From the NCBI GenBank assembly GCA_033442325.1, contig JAWQFM010000011.1, positions 802,096 through 866,095 on the forward strand: a stretch of DNA of 64,000 bases, read 5' to 3'. Source of the DNA: Salpingoeca rosetta (lineage: Eukaryota; Protista; Choanoflagellata). Below, in pieces: positions 24,330 through 37,702 of this stretch; position 1 is the stretch's first letter, and every line of letters starts with the position of its first letter. The position numbers and the translations under genes were made by a program. The notes below the pieces were generated by a model, which was not told the DNA's origin, searched no databases, and was given only the letters and a program-made list of their open reading frames with translations.

Positions 24330-27300
24330 TCATCCTTCTTCATTCATGAGGTCACAAGTTTGTGGCGTGAGCAGACTGCAGGTACTTTTGCTTCCGCCTG
24401 TAAGCAGGAGCGATGCACGGGTAATGTGAGTGAGCAAGCACGTAAACGTGGTGGAGGTGTGTCGTGTTGTTGGCACTTCTTGCTTTGTTGCAGTGTTGCA
24501 TTGGAAGGAATGAGCAGGAGGACAACTAGCAAAGCGAGTTGTCGAAAGCACACAATACACCCGTCGTTGAAGAAGTTCAACGAAACAATCAAGGATAGGC
24601 AGTTCAACAACAACACATGCTCTCATGCTGCCATCAACATTGCATCACACCTGTGCCTGAGAATAAATTCCTGCTTCCAGGGTGGAAGGGCGTTGAATTC
24701 CGTTTCCGAAATGTCGTCTTGCTGCTGCAGCGATTGCATCATGGACAGGTTTTCCCGCTAGAAGGTGCAAGGCATGGTCAACAAAGCACAGTCGCGACTT
24801 GAAGTGAGTACCAAGGTCAACTGGCAGACATGCCGAGGGCAAACTTATGGATACAAGTGCATACGTGTGAAAACGCGCACAAACACAAACAAACAAAGCG
24901 GAAAGAAACAAACAGGCAGACACACACAAGCACAAGCACACAAGCAAAAGCAAATACAATCACGCAATGGAACGCACGCGGTGGAAGTGGCCGCGACTGC
25001 GGCGGTCGGTGGTCGACGACGTGTGCGGCTGTGGCGCCTGGGACGAGGCCTGAAGAGAACACAACGCCATCATGAGTTGTACGCATGAGCAATGAAATGA
25101 GGATGGGATGCTGAACGGTTGGTCTTGCGGTTGCGCGCTGGCAAGCTGTTACACTCTCCCGCTCAGAGTGCTTGACTTGCATGCTTACGTGTCTGCACGA
25201 ACGCGCAACGCCCTGCCGGGCACAAGGTCAAACAAACACCCACACCACGCAAATCAATCAAACAAACAACAACTAACAGACAAATCAATCAAACAACACT
25301 CACCCTGCGCTTCTCTTGCGACTCTGCCATGCGCCGAGCACGTGCGAGCTTCTCCTGCAGCTCTGTGCCGTCGTCATTGCACGGCAGCGGAGACATTGGT
25401 GGCGAGCAGAACCCAGACGACGTTCTCTTTGGTGCACTTGGAGACGTTGGCGATGTCGGGGATGTCGGGGGTGACAGCGGTGGAGGGCGTGCTGCCGTGG
25501 CAGAAGCAGTCGTGGTTGCTGTTGTTGTTGCTACTGTTGCTGCTGTTGTCGTCGTTGTTGTTGTCGCTGCTGCTTCTGTTGTCGGTGGGACGGTGTCGAG
25601 ACTCTCGCGTTTGGATGAGGCCGCGCTCTTGTTCCGCTTGCGCTGCAGGAGATCCCATTTCCATCGCGGCATGGAGAACCGTGACGACGTCGACGTGCTG
25701 CTGCTGTTGTTGTTGTTGTTGTTGGTCGTGGACGTGTCCGCCGTACCCTTCTCGCTGGCACCGGCAGCGTTGCTGCTCTCTTGCGCTGGCGCCTCGTGTT
25801 GACCAAGTCGGTCGCGGCTGACGTTGTTGCTGCTGACGTTGCTGCCACGGCGCGTGGTGTAGCGGTGCGGGGACATGTGTGCAAGCACACGCGACACGAG
25901 CCCCCGCTTCTGCGTGCCATCCTGCTGATTCGCGGCCGACTCGCGTTTGGGCTTGGGCTTCGTCTTGGGTGCGGGCGGCTTGGCACGGCACACTTCTTGC
26001 TGTTGCTGTGGGCCTTCCTCTCCTTGGCTTGTGGACAGGGACTTGGATGACTTTCGCGGGAGGGGCACTGGCTTCTTCTTCTTCTTTGCGGCCTTCTTTG
26101 CCTCTTTCTCCTTCTTCTTCTCGGCCCGCCGCTCAGCCCGCGTCATCTTTGCTGGTGACGCCGCTTGCTTCTTCTCTGCCTCGCCCTGCTTCGATTGCGC
26201 CGCTGTCTCCTGCTCCGCTTGCTCCTGCATTGCACTCGTAACATCCCCATCTTCCTCGTCATTGTCCTCCTCTGACACCGGTGCTGCGCCCGCTACGGCA
26301 GTTGTTGCCTCCTCGGCCTTGGTGTCATCAGGAACACCGGCCGACACGTCGTCTTCCTCCCGCTTCGCATCCTGGTGCGCGTGCCCGGTTGGTTGCTGGG
26401 GCACCGACTGTTGTTCTTCAACCATGCTCTCCTCGTCTTCTTCGTCCACCTCGGCAAGCGTGTCCTCGGCGTCGCTGCTGTGCTGGCGGCGGCTCATCGC
26501 CTTCTTTGACTTGAACTTCTGTTTGAATCACGTGCGTGTAGGGGTGTGTGAGGGTGTGTGCGGGTGTGTGCGGGTGTGTGAGGGTGTGTGAGGGTGTGTG
26601 CGGGTGTGCGGGTGTGCGGGTGAGCATGTGTGTGTGCGTGTGTGTGCGTGCGTGTGTGTGCGTGCGTGTGTGTGTGTGTGTGTGTGTGTGTATCAGTCAT
26701 GAGATCAAAAGTGAGAGCGTGCACGTTTTTCAACATGTGTGCGAGTGTCAGTGCTAGGAGCACAACTGCACCAGGATGCATGATGCAGGAACTCACCCTA
26801 CGGCTGGGGCTGCCTTCCACGCCCTTGGTAATGGTGGGCTGCCTGGCGAGACCGGCTGTCGCCTCTTCGTCCTCAGCGAGATTGCCAACATTTGAGTGCG
26901 TGCCTGCAGGCAATTGCACGGTGGTGACCGTGTCGTCGTCCACTTCAGGCGCGCCGCCCTTGATCTGCATGTAGTCCGAGTGGCTAGCGAGGTCGCTGTC
27001 ACGCGAAGGAGTGCGGACAGAGAGCCGCTGCATGAGCTCTGCGCGCAGGTTGTCGCCCCACGACGTCGAATGAGAGGAGGCGTGCTGCAGCAACTGCACA
27101 ACCGGTGACGTGGGCTGCTCGCCTTCCTCCGTGCTGTTGTCGCCCTGGTCAGCGGTGGTTTCGGGCACGTTGTCCTTGTCGTTGCCTTCGTGCAGCGAGG
27201 AACATTCGCCTTCCTCCTCTGCTTGCGCTGAGACGATGTTCTCCTGAGGTTGAAGGGTGAGGGATGGACGGTGTTGCTGCTTTGCGTCTTCTGCTTCAAC

Positions 27301-28163
27301 CTGTTCCTCTTTGACTTCATCCTCTTGCTCTTCCTCCGATGCTTCGGCTCCCTTGTCTGCTGGCACGGCTGCTGCCTCAACGGGTGCTGGCGGTGCGCTA
27401 TCAGGCTCCTCTTTCATATCCTCTTTGACGCTCAATGGTGTCTGATCGCACGTGATGCCGTTGTCTTTGATTTCTTCGGCCTGCGCTGCCGGCTCTGCTT
27501 TGCTTGCACGCACTTCTTCATGATGTTGCTGGTGCTGCTGGTGTGGGTGAAGCAGTTTTGTGAGCATGTCGTGCATGCTGTGACGCTTGTGCTCGTGTCC
27601 GTGTTGCTCTTGCTGCTGTTGTTGCTGCTGCTTGGTGTTGTGCTCATGCTGGTGGTCGTGGTGGTCGTGGCTGCCGTGGTGGCTTGCGGCGCGTGCCGGC
27701 TGCTGCGCGTTTGCGTTGTGGAGCGGGTGAATTGCAGGCAGCGAGTGCGACGGCTTCTTGATGGGTGTGGGCTCTGCCTTGTGTTGAGCAGCCAACGAGC
27801 CACGGGCGTGCATAGTCGTTGGCGCATCTCTCTTATGCCCGTGCTCGTGTTCGCTTGTCGCAGCAGCGGGCACAGGGGTTGTGTCTCGGGAGAGGCCTGA
27901 GGATGGCGCAGCGCCGTGGTCGTCGACAACGGAGCACGATGCGTCCACGCGAATATAGCGGGAGCGGGCAGGCCGGGACCGGGTCATCTAGGCGGTGTGT
28001 GTGGGGGGGGTGTATGCGTGTGTGGGGGTGTAAATGGAATGAGACGTGTGTGTGTGCATGTGGTTGCAGGCATGCAAGCAAAGACAAAGTGAGAGGGCGT
28101 TAAAGGCTGTTGGGAGAGACAAACAGGCACAGACAGACACAAACAGAGGAAGGTAGACACAGC

Positions 28164-28197
<34 letters not shown>

Positions 28198-29489
28198 AAC
28201 GGAGACAGCGAACCTTTGAGGCGCGGAGGAGGGCAATGCGATCCTTTTGCGACTGGGAGACCAGGCGGGGGCGATAGGTCTGGGGATAGGAGGAATCAAA
28301 GCACCACAAGTCACAGGAAGGGTGAGGCAAGAGAAGCACAACAAAGCAATGTCAGCGCTTGGCATGGGGAATGGCACCACATCACGCCGTCTCATCACAC
28401 CGTCTCACGGAACTCAAACGATGTCCGCAACAAAGAAAGACCACACACGCGTGCTCGCTCCCAGCCCGTACTTCTGTGTCGTCTGTGGAAGAAGAGGCGT
28501 GCGCTGAGCCCAGAGAAAGCTCGCGCTTGGTTCCCGGACGCCGGGGTGCTGGCAGGCCTGGGGAGCGCACAAGGCAGGAGGCGAGCTGGTTCTTGAAGGC
28601 TGCCCGCGCGGTCTCAAAGGAGTTGGTGCCGCTATCGTCTTCATCGCTGTCATTCTCCTCTGGCCTGGGTTCCTCTTCTGCATCGCTTGTCTCACCTTCC
28701 ATCTTCGCCACCTATGTGAGCGCGTGCGTTGGTGTATGTGTGTGTGTGAGTGTGTGAGTGAGTGTGTGAGTGTGTGAGTGAATGAGTGTGAGTGTGAATG
28801 AGTGTGTGTGTGTGTGTGTGTGTGAGGATCAGGCTGCTGAGATGGATGACCCTCATGTGTTTCTGTTATTGTTGCAGGATGGAGCAATCAACGACAAGAT
28901 GCTCCCAACAGGCACACACCTTTGGGGGCTGCTCTGCTTGTCTAGCTTCCTGCTGGTCCTCTGGGGCGGGGGACAGAGTGCCGATGACAGAGCTGTTTTT
29001 CTTCTTCACTTGCTCCCACAGGTCAGCCTGAATGGTGTGGGTTTTGGAGGATGATGGAGCATGGATGGAGCATGTGGGAGATGAGGAATCGAAGCAAGTG
29101 GAAAGGAGGAGGGGGAGGATCTCGAAGAGATGTAGGCGAAACACCCGTCGACCGCATCGGAGAGCACCACGTATTCAACATCGCACACATACACACACAC
29201 TCACTCACTCACACACACTCACACACTCACTCACACTCACACACACATACATACACACTCACTCACATACATACACTCACACACTCACTCACACTCACTC
29301 ACACTCACTCACACTCACTCACGCACTCACTCACCCACACTCACCCACACTCACCCACACACACATACAAACATACATGCATCTACTCACGTCTGATGCT
29401 TCGTGAGGCAGGACACCTACGCTGGATCGCTGAGCGGTGTGAGGGCCGGCACCCAGCGCGACAGAGCGATCCTTGATGAGCTGGTTCAT
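24330..29489 (-). CDS. Large low-complexity/disordered protein with C-terminal villin-headpiece-like motif
   Basis: Phase-consistent exons from ATG 29489 (MNQLIKDRS) through ~28919-29027, ~28472-28711, ~28214-28279, ~26797-27987, ~25304-26518, ~24979-25050, ~24651-24757 ([22 protein letters not shown]) and ~24330-24375. Long exons are rich in E/Q/S/T/K. Some junctions are approximate. Confidence 0.6.
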
Positions 29490-29809
29490 CTTGTGGTTGG
29501 TTGGTGTTGTGTTGTGGTTGGTGTTGGTGTTTGTGGTGAGTGATGAGAGACAGGCAGCACAAGCAGCCGAAGCAAGCGCCACCAACAAGCATTGCATTCC
29601 AAACGTGGTCGTTGACAGCATTCCTCTTCGCAACTCCCAACGCAGTACAACGCAACCGGACAAACCCCTTCGGTGTGCGGATTGAAGGTCCTGTTCCGAA
29701 TACTGTCAGAGACATCACAAAGTGTGGTGTGGTTGGTGCAGCCGACGACTTCCTGCCTGCTGCACTGCATTTCCACCAGCCAGCCAGCCAGCACTCTGAC
29801 ACACCCAAT

Positions 29810-31130
29810 ATGAGCGGCAGGGTGCAGCTTGCCACGATGATTGAGGCGGCTGGGTTGATCCCCAGCACGGCCAGCCTCGTTCAATCCATCGCCAATGGCA
29901 CAGCCACAGGGCTCGTCAAGTTAGTAGAGCCCATCCACCCATCCTACCCATCCACCCATCCACAACGTGCCTTCACCCGCATGAGTGTTGTGGTTTTGGT
30001 GTTTTGCACCACACGCGTTTTGTGCTTCCTTGTTTATTCCTCACACTCGTGGGTGATGTGACTGTGTTTGACAATGGCATTGTATGGGAACAATCCGCCA
30101 GCTTCCAAGGGAGGCACATAGGAGATCTTGGATTGGAGGCTGTCATCCTCGCACTCAAGCACAGGAATTTCGTCGAGTGGCTCGAGTCAGTTTGTGTTCT
30201 TCAGTCTGTCCGGTTGACAGAGCAGCACCATGCAATGTGCAGAAGCCATGTGTCTTGTGTATTTGGCGCAGCATCTTGCCGCGTCTTGCCGTCTCTTGCC
30301 GCCGCTTCCTGCGTCTTGTCGCCGCTTCCTGCGTTTTGCGGCGTTTTGCGGCGTTTTGCGGCGTTTTGCAGCGTGGTTGGTTGTTGTTGTCTCACGCGTT
30401 GTTTTCCCTCTGAACTCAATTCTGACTTTGCGTTGGCACTGCAGTCTCACGGAGAACGACATTACGTCAGAGGGCGTGAGGGCACTCGTCACCGCCTTGA
30501 CCAACAACCCCACGCTGCACACGCTCACGTATGTGGTGTGCATTCATCAGCGCGCCTGTTTGGCTGTTTGCCTGGTTGGAAAGGCTCCCGGAACCTTTTG
30601 CAGACATCTTTGTCCTTTCTGCCTTGTGACACCAGCACGTGCACATCGCAAACGCACGACACAGGTTAACGAACAACACCCTGGACGATGCCGCCGCAGA
30701 GAGCCTCGCCAACCTTGTGGAGACAAACACTGTCGTGAATGCCATATCGTGAGTGGAGAACGGAACCTTGCACGCACGTGGATGGAAATGCGCACGGGTG
30801 AAAGGGTGAATTAGTGTGGCTCCCAGAATTCATGGCTGTGAACGTGATTTGCCTGCGCCTGCATTTTGCACGCGTTCCTCACGTCAAATGCGTTGATTGC
30901 ACATGCGCACAGGGTGTATGACAACCCCAACATCAGCCGTGCTGGCATTAACCGGCTCCGCGCTGCAGCAAACGCCCGTGACAACTTCACTCTTGGCGTG
31001 TACGTCCTCATGTTGTGTGTGTCTGTTGTGTCTGTGTGTCTGTTTCTGTGTGTGCATGCGTGGTGCATGTGTGCATGTGTGTGTGTGTTTGTGTGTAAGT
31101 GCGTTTGTGTGTCTGTTTTCTGTGCGTGCA

Positions 31131-31164
<34 letters not shown>

Positions 31165-31859
31165 GCGGCACCGCCCGTTGCTCCATTAGTCCACAATGCT
31201 CGGCTAACGCTGTCTTTGTCCGCTCTGTCCCACAACACCCCGTTGTTGTCGTTTTGTCATTAACCCGCCACATACAGGGATGATCCTGATGAAACCACAC
31301 ACACCCGGCACGTTCTTCGTCGCCACAACCACAATACCACGGGCAACACGCAGGCACACGACGACGACGACGACGACGATGACGACGCTGACGAGGATGT
31401 TCTACACGAAGCACAAACACCGATGTCAAGCAGGGTCTCACGCACGTCCATGTCATCACTGCGAACGCCTGATGCTTCCGGCGGTGCACCAGCTTTCACA
31501 CTACCTCGCCACCGTCAGCCGCCACCACAACATCAACAGCACCAGCACCAGCAGCAACAGGCAACAGCAGACCCAACCGTCGTGAACCAACTATGTACGT
31601 GACCACTCGTGACATGCTTGCTGCTTGTGTGTGTGTGTGTGTGTGTGTGTGTGAGTGAGTGTGTGTGTGTGAGTGAGTGTGTGCGTGTATGCATGTGTTT
31701 TCATGGGATTGTGCATGCCCTTCTGAATCATTGACACAAGCAAGTCTCACGTAACTCACTTCTGAAATGAACACTGCATACATGTGGTTGGTTTTCCTGC
31801 TGAACAGTGGACCAGCAGCACAGAATGCAGGAGCTCTTGGACGAGCGAGGTGTGGCTCT

Positions 31860-31937
<78 letters not shown>

Positions 31938-34900
31938 CGTCAGTTGTTGTCCCATCCTAATTGCGGATGTGTCTGCATGCAAACAGCCATGGAAGCTCGT
32001 GTTCCACGTGCTCATTTTCGTGCTGCATTGATCGGTCGGTTCTTGCAGACGCGACCATCGCCACGATGAGGGTGCAATTGGAGGAGCAGGAAGCAGCACA
32101 AACGCAAGCAGCAGCGGCCCTTATCAGCGAAAAGGAGCAGCTTCAAGGTGGGCCGACAACATGCGTGTGCCTCATCAACTCTGTGCAGAATACCTTGTTT
32201 CACCCTTTCGCTCTCGCACGCACACCACATAACATCTGATACGCTCGCCTCGCAATCCTGCCCGCTTACTTGCCTGTCGGTTCTTGCCCCTCAACAGCGA
32301 CAATCGCAGAGCTCACACAGACGAATGAGCAACGAGCAGAGGAGTGCGACCAAGCCAACGAGAGAAAGGCTGAACTCGCCCAGAGGCTGCAGACTGCCAT
32401 CGATGAATTGGGTGCGCTTGCATGATTGTTTTTGTATGTGTGTACGTGTGTGTGTGTACGTGTGTGTGTGTGTGTGTGCGTGTGTGTGTGTCTGTGTATG
32501 TGTGTTGTGGTACAAAAGGAGGGTCGTTTCGTTTGGATGACTTGTGGTTGTGGTGCACTGGGTGCATATGTCACTCGTCTTGTCACTCACGTTGGACTTT
32601 CGCGGCGTATTTGTGCGCCGCAGAATCGCTGAGGAGTGCACACGCCGACAGCGAGCAGCAGCAAACTGATCTGACGGAGCGCATCAAGGCAATGAAGGAA
32701 GAGATGGAGGACTTGCAGCAAGCAAAGGACGACGTGGAACAGAGCAAGGCAGACCTGGAGACCAGACTCGCAACGCAACTTGGTATGGCTACTTCTGCTT
32801 CTGCTTTTGCGAGTGAGCGTGCGAAAACAAGAAAGAGAAAAGCATAGAGAGGAGAGAGGGGGTGTGCGTGCATGCGTGCGTGTATGTGTGTGTGTGTGTA
32901 TGTGTGTATTGCGCTCACGCGACGCTGGATGTGTCGGTTGGGTGTTGTCATTCTTGCAGAGACCCTCAAAACTCAGCACGAGCAGAAGGTGAAGGACCTC
33001 GGTGAAGCAAATGAAGCGTTACAGACGCAAAGGAACACGCTGCAACAACAAAACGAAAGCAATGCGCAGGCGCTGCGAGATGCCCGCGCAGAGATTGGTG
33101 AGGCTGCCCACTCATCCTGCTTTGCTCTGCTCTGCCTTTCCCCTCAATTGGTAGGGTTTCTGCTCCCGTTTGCCTTGTCACTTTTCGAGTTCCAACGTGG
33201 GCGCCCCTTTCTTCTTTTCTGCTCTGTTCAAACACACACGGACGCACACGCGCGCGCAAACACACTCACACACACTCACACACGCTTAATACACACACCC
33301 CGCATAACGTACATGACACGCCACCCACGTGAACCGTGACACAGAGCGGCTTCAACAGGCCTTGCAGGAGCCAACGACCAGCGATTCAGAGGACGCAGGC
33401 GCCACATCAGCGAAACCGCCACCAGGTATGAACTGCGTTTGCGTGCTGAGGAGGATAAGTCATGCATATCGAATCATGCACATCGCTGGTGTTCACACAC
33501 TGTTTCTGCATGCAACTCATTTGTGCTCTTCTGACTCACATCCACGTTCACCTATGTCGAATTCTTTGTGTCACGTAGGGCCAGACACACCAACTTCGCT
33601 GCAAGAAGCCGAAGCAAAGCTTGGTGCGTTTCTCTGCGCATGTGTGCGTGTCTGTGTGTCTGTATGTGCGTGTATTTCTGTGCGTCTACGTGCGTCTATG
33701 CATGTCTTCGCTGTGTGCGTGTTGTGCTGCTTGCTGTGTGTTGACTTGCATCGCGCTTCTCCCCCTGTTGTGCTGTTTGTGCGCGATTGCGAGCGCACGA
33801 GTCACACATCCGCGTGCGGTTCTCACACGCCGTGTGCGTCGCCCCATGCGTTTTGTTGCAACCGCACCAGAGGGCATGCTGAACCTGAACATGGACCTCG
33901 CTCGCTTCACCACGAGGGAGCGCGTGGTGGATGACAAGGGCGACTTCACCAAGGGTGGCTACGGCAAACTGTACCGCTGCACCATCGCAGGCCACGACGT
34001 CGCACTGAAGGAGATTGACGTGCGGTCGCGCCCTCGTTTGCTTGAGATTCTCTCGGAAAAGTCAAACACGCAAGCCCATGCAAATGACAAGCGGGTCCGA
34101 CGAGAGGTGGCCATTCTGATGACCCTCAGGCACCCCAACATTGTTTCGTTCTATGGTATATGCTACGACGCCGAGCGGAAAACGCTCTCCTTTGTTCTGA
34201 GCTGGGCAGACAACGGCTCCCTGTTCGACTTCATGCACCTTCACAAGCGCCAGATCAGCCACGTCGATAAGCTGCGCATCTTGAGCGAGGTTGCCGGCGC
34301 CATGGAGTTCCTGCATGCCCACGACGTGGTGCACCGCGACCTCAAGTCTGCCAACGTGCTGCTGGACGCTGTGCTCTCCGCCAAGGTGACGGATTTTGGG
34401 CTGAGCACGTTCAAGAACACGGAGACATCTTCGCTGTCCCGAGTGGCTGGAACGCCACTTTGGGCGTCGCCCGAGCAGGTGCTGGAGGAGAAGTTGCGCG
34501 CGGACACGGACGCGTTTTCCTTCGGCTGCCTGGCGTGGGAGGTGTGGTTTGCTGTCAAGCCATGGCACCATGGCAAGTATGAAAAGGACGGCATATCGCT
34601 GCTGCAACTTGCCCTCAAGTACGAGAAGCACGAGTACCTGCCGCTCGAGAAGGTGATCAACGGACAGGAGATGCCGGTTCACCTGCGAGCGCTCCTTCGT
34701 GGCTGCTTCACCACGAGTGGTAGCCGCCTCAGCTTTGCTCTGCTTCACGCAGCATTTAGGGGACAGTACGCCGCTGCCCGTGAGCAGCGTCAGCTGAACG
34801 AGGCACGACAGCAGGAGTTGTTGCAAGGGCCACCCGATGCTGTGTGGAAGTTCGACCCTGAAATCCTCGCAACACTGAAGGAGAAGAAGCATGCGTTGTC

Positions 34901-35032
34901 AACCCGTGACACGGTGTACGTCGTGCCGCTTGATCTTGGGAACCAGGATGAGGCCAGCCTTGTCAAGACGGTGCGTATGTGTGTGTGTGGGTGGGGGGAG
35001 GGGCGGACGGGGTGATGTGTGTGTCTGGCTGT

Positions 35033-35094
<62 letters not shown>

Positions 35095-36077
35095 ATGTAT
35101 GCGTTTTCTGTCTTTGGTGCGCGCTGCTCGCCTCACCGTCCCATTGTCATCACAACTCTCACACCCCTGCCCTTCTCTCTGCTTTGTATTCTGCTCTTAT
35201 CTTCATCCACTGCACACCACAGCTCCTTCGTCAGGCTGGTGGCCGCACCGCTCGGCAGCCAGACCTTCTTGGGCCATTTGGTCGCAAGGTCGCGGCTGCT
35301 GTTATTACATGGTGTGATCAGAAGCTTGCAGCGTTCAATGGCGCCATGCATCGCAACAAGACGCGCTTTCGCGGCCACCTCACCAGCACCAGCCACCCAT
35401 TTGCACCCAAGTATGAGGTTGATGATACTGGCGCTGCCACCAACGCTGAGGAGAAGGCAGTTCTTGATCGTGTCACCACGAAGACCGGCCACTACAGGCT
35501 GTTGGATGCGTCCCTCATGAAACAAGATCCACCGCTTCGCGTCCAGCGTGTTTTTCATGGCGTCAACAGCTTCGATGCTGTCGTTGGCATCTTGGGTGGT
35601 GACTTTGCTCCGCTTCAGAAGACGGACATTGGCTGGTTTGGCGCAGGCCCCTATTTCACACCAGACCTTGATTACGCGCTTGAATATGCACATGACTGCG
35701 ATGGCGCCGACGTGCCAGCCGATCTTCGTTTCCTCCAGCTGACACCAGGCGAAGTGTACCGCATCGTCCTCGTGTGCGACGTGACGTACGGAAACCCTTA
35801 CCCAGTGACCAAAAACAGCTTGCACCCAATGGTGCAATCGACAGCAGAGGACAAGCTTCCGACAGAGAGGTGGCAGACATTTGCTGGCCTGCCGCTGGTT
35901 GCTGGGCACGACGCACACATCGCAGTGACTGCCTTTGACTCGAAAAGCGTCGATTACGTCCCCCCATTTGACACTCATGCTGATTGGTCCCAGCCTGGCG
36001 AGAAGCCAGTGGCCGAACTTGTGATCAGTGACACGTCTTGTGCGCTTGTTCGTGCGGTGTGTGTATTTCAAGGTTGA
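29810..36077 (+). CDS. LRR - coiled coil - TKL-type Ser/Thr protein kinase - PARP-like ADP-ribosyltransferase fusion protein
   Basis: N-terminal RNI-like LRR exons (NFQGRHIGDLGLEAVILALK; LTENDITSEGVRALVTALTNNPTLHTL; LTNNTLDDAAAESLANLVETN; VYDNPNISRAG). Coiled-coil exons ~31807-33097. Kinase exon 33871-34970 has KGGYGKLY, VALKE, HPNIV, HRDLKSAN, DFG, GTPLWASPE, DAFSFG. Last exon 35235-36077 has RVFHG, GWFGAGPYFT, VLVCDVTYGNPY, GHDAH, AELVI (H-Y-E triad). Confidence 0.88.
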
Positions 36078-36942
36078 AAGTGTGATTGCTGTGTGTTTCT
36101 GTGTTTGTGTGTGTCTGTCTGTGTCTGTGTGTCTGTGTGTGTATGTTGAGGGCCCTTTCCATTTTTTTCACTCTGTTTTGAGCTGCATCTAGTGCTTGTT
36201 GTCTTGTTGTCACCTGTGATGTGCTTTGCCTTGTTGGCGTGGCATCAAATTGAACAAATCAACACACAAACCATGCTGCTAACGATGTCGGTTGATGACG
36301 GCACATGGAAGGAGAGGCATGGAGGATTATCGACAAGCAAGAACGGGGTGTGGAAAACACGGTTATGGAGTGCGTGTGTGTGCCGCGCTGTGTGTGTATG
36401 CATGTGTGTTAGGCGGGCACAAATTTGCAGACAGACGTGTGGATATTCTGACAAACAGATGAACAGTGATAAAGGGGCAATCAGACAAAGACCAAGACAT
36501 GCACACACACACGCACACATGTGCACGTGTGTTTGCCGTCGTGTAGGACCAACTCGTCTGCTTTTGCGCTCGTCACCATCTACCGCCCGAGAATATGAAT
36601 GTGTGCTCCCCCCATGCATAGACTATATAACTAGAGGTTGAGGCTACTTATTGTAAATACACCTCTGTGCCATTGGCAGAGGTGGGAAACGAAAAGGAAT
36701 GCTGTTCATACATAGGGATGAAGGAGAGACAGAGGGGCACGACGAAGGGAGACATCAACGAAAAAAAAAAAAGCACCCCCAACTGTACATGCAGATATGT
36801 ACGCACACACGCACACACACACTCGTACGCACACACACACACACATACACACATGTACAACTGTACGCACATACACACACATACACATGTGTTGAGCCCG
36901 CCCCAAAAAAAAATTTGGGTGTGTACCTTCCGCCTGCACGAC

Positions 36943-37003
36943 AATAACTTAGCCCTCTCTCTAATAAATACGAGTAATAACTTAACCCTCTCCCTAATAA
37001 ATA
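36943..37003. repeat. AT-rich 28-bp direct repeat (2 copies, 33-bp period)
   Basis: AATAACTTAGCCCTCTCTCTAATAAATA (36943-36970) and AATAACTTAACCCTCTCCCTAATAAATA (36976-37003), 2 mismatches. Confidence 0.9.
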
Positions 37004-37278
37004 AGGGCATGGAGCACCTCGAGGCTGACGAGGAGCGGGCGGGTATCGAACCCGCGCTCTACAAGTCGCACTTACGATGACATCATGCAAGGGGACGTGC
37101 AGGCTTCCAGTACACACCATCTCGCGCCTAAAATTCTTCATATAAAGCAAAGGGTTTGCTGGGGCCCCTTCGACTCGCCCCCAACCAGCCAGAAGAGGGC
37201 GAGACAGGTGCCCCCTGTGCTGTGGCGGTTGGGGGCGGGCGGGCTTGTGCTGCAGAACACTGTTGGCTGGCGTTGTGC

Positions 37279-37342
<64 letters not shown>

Positions 37343-37442
37343 NNNNNNNNNNNNNNNNNNNNNNNNNNNNNNNNNNNNNNNNNNNNNNNNNNNNNNNNNN
37401 NNNNNNNNNNNNNNNNNNNNNNNNNNNNNNNNNNNNNNNNNN
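37343..37442. other. Assembly gap (100 N) next to an (AG)n microsatellite
   Basis: Run of n. Confidence 0.99.
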
Positions 37443-37583
37443 TGGGTGCTGGCGGTGGTTGGAGGTGTGGAAAAGTGGTGAGGAGTGCAATGAGGAGGGG
37501 AGGGAGAGGGAGGGGATGTGAGAGGGAGAGGGAGAGATTGATTGGGGGATGGGGGTAGAGTAGAGAGAGAGAGAGAGAGTGTG

Positions 37584-37702
<119 letters not shown>

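Noticed and set aside
37025-37110. Complete tRNA gene on the minus strand
   Set aside because: Only a T-arm and a 3' acceptor-like strand are present; I found no complementary 5' acceptor strand, D-arm or anticodon arm.
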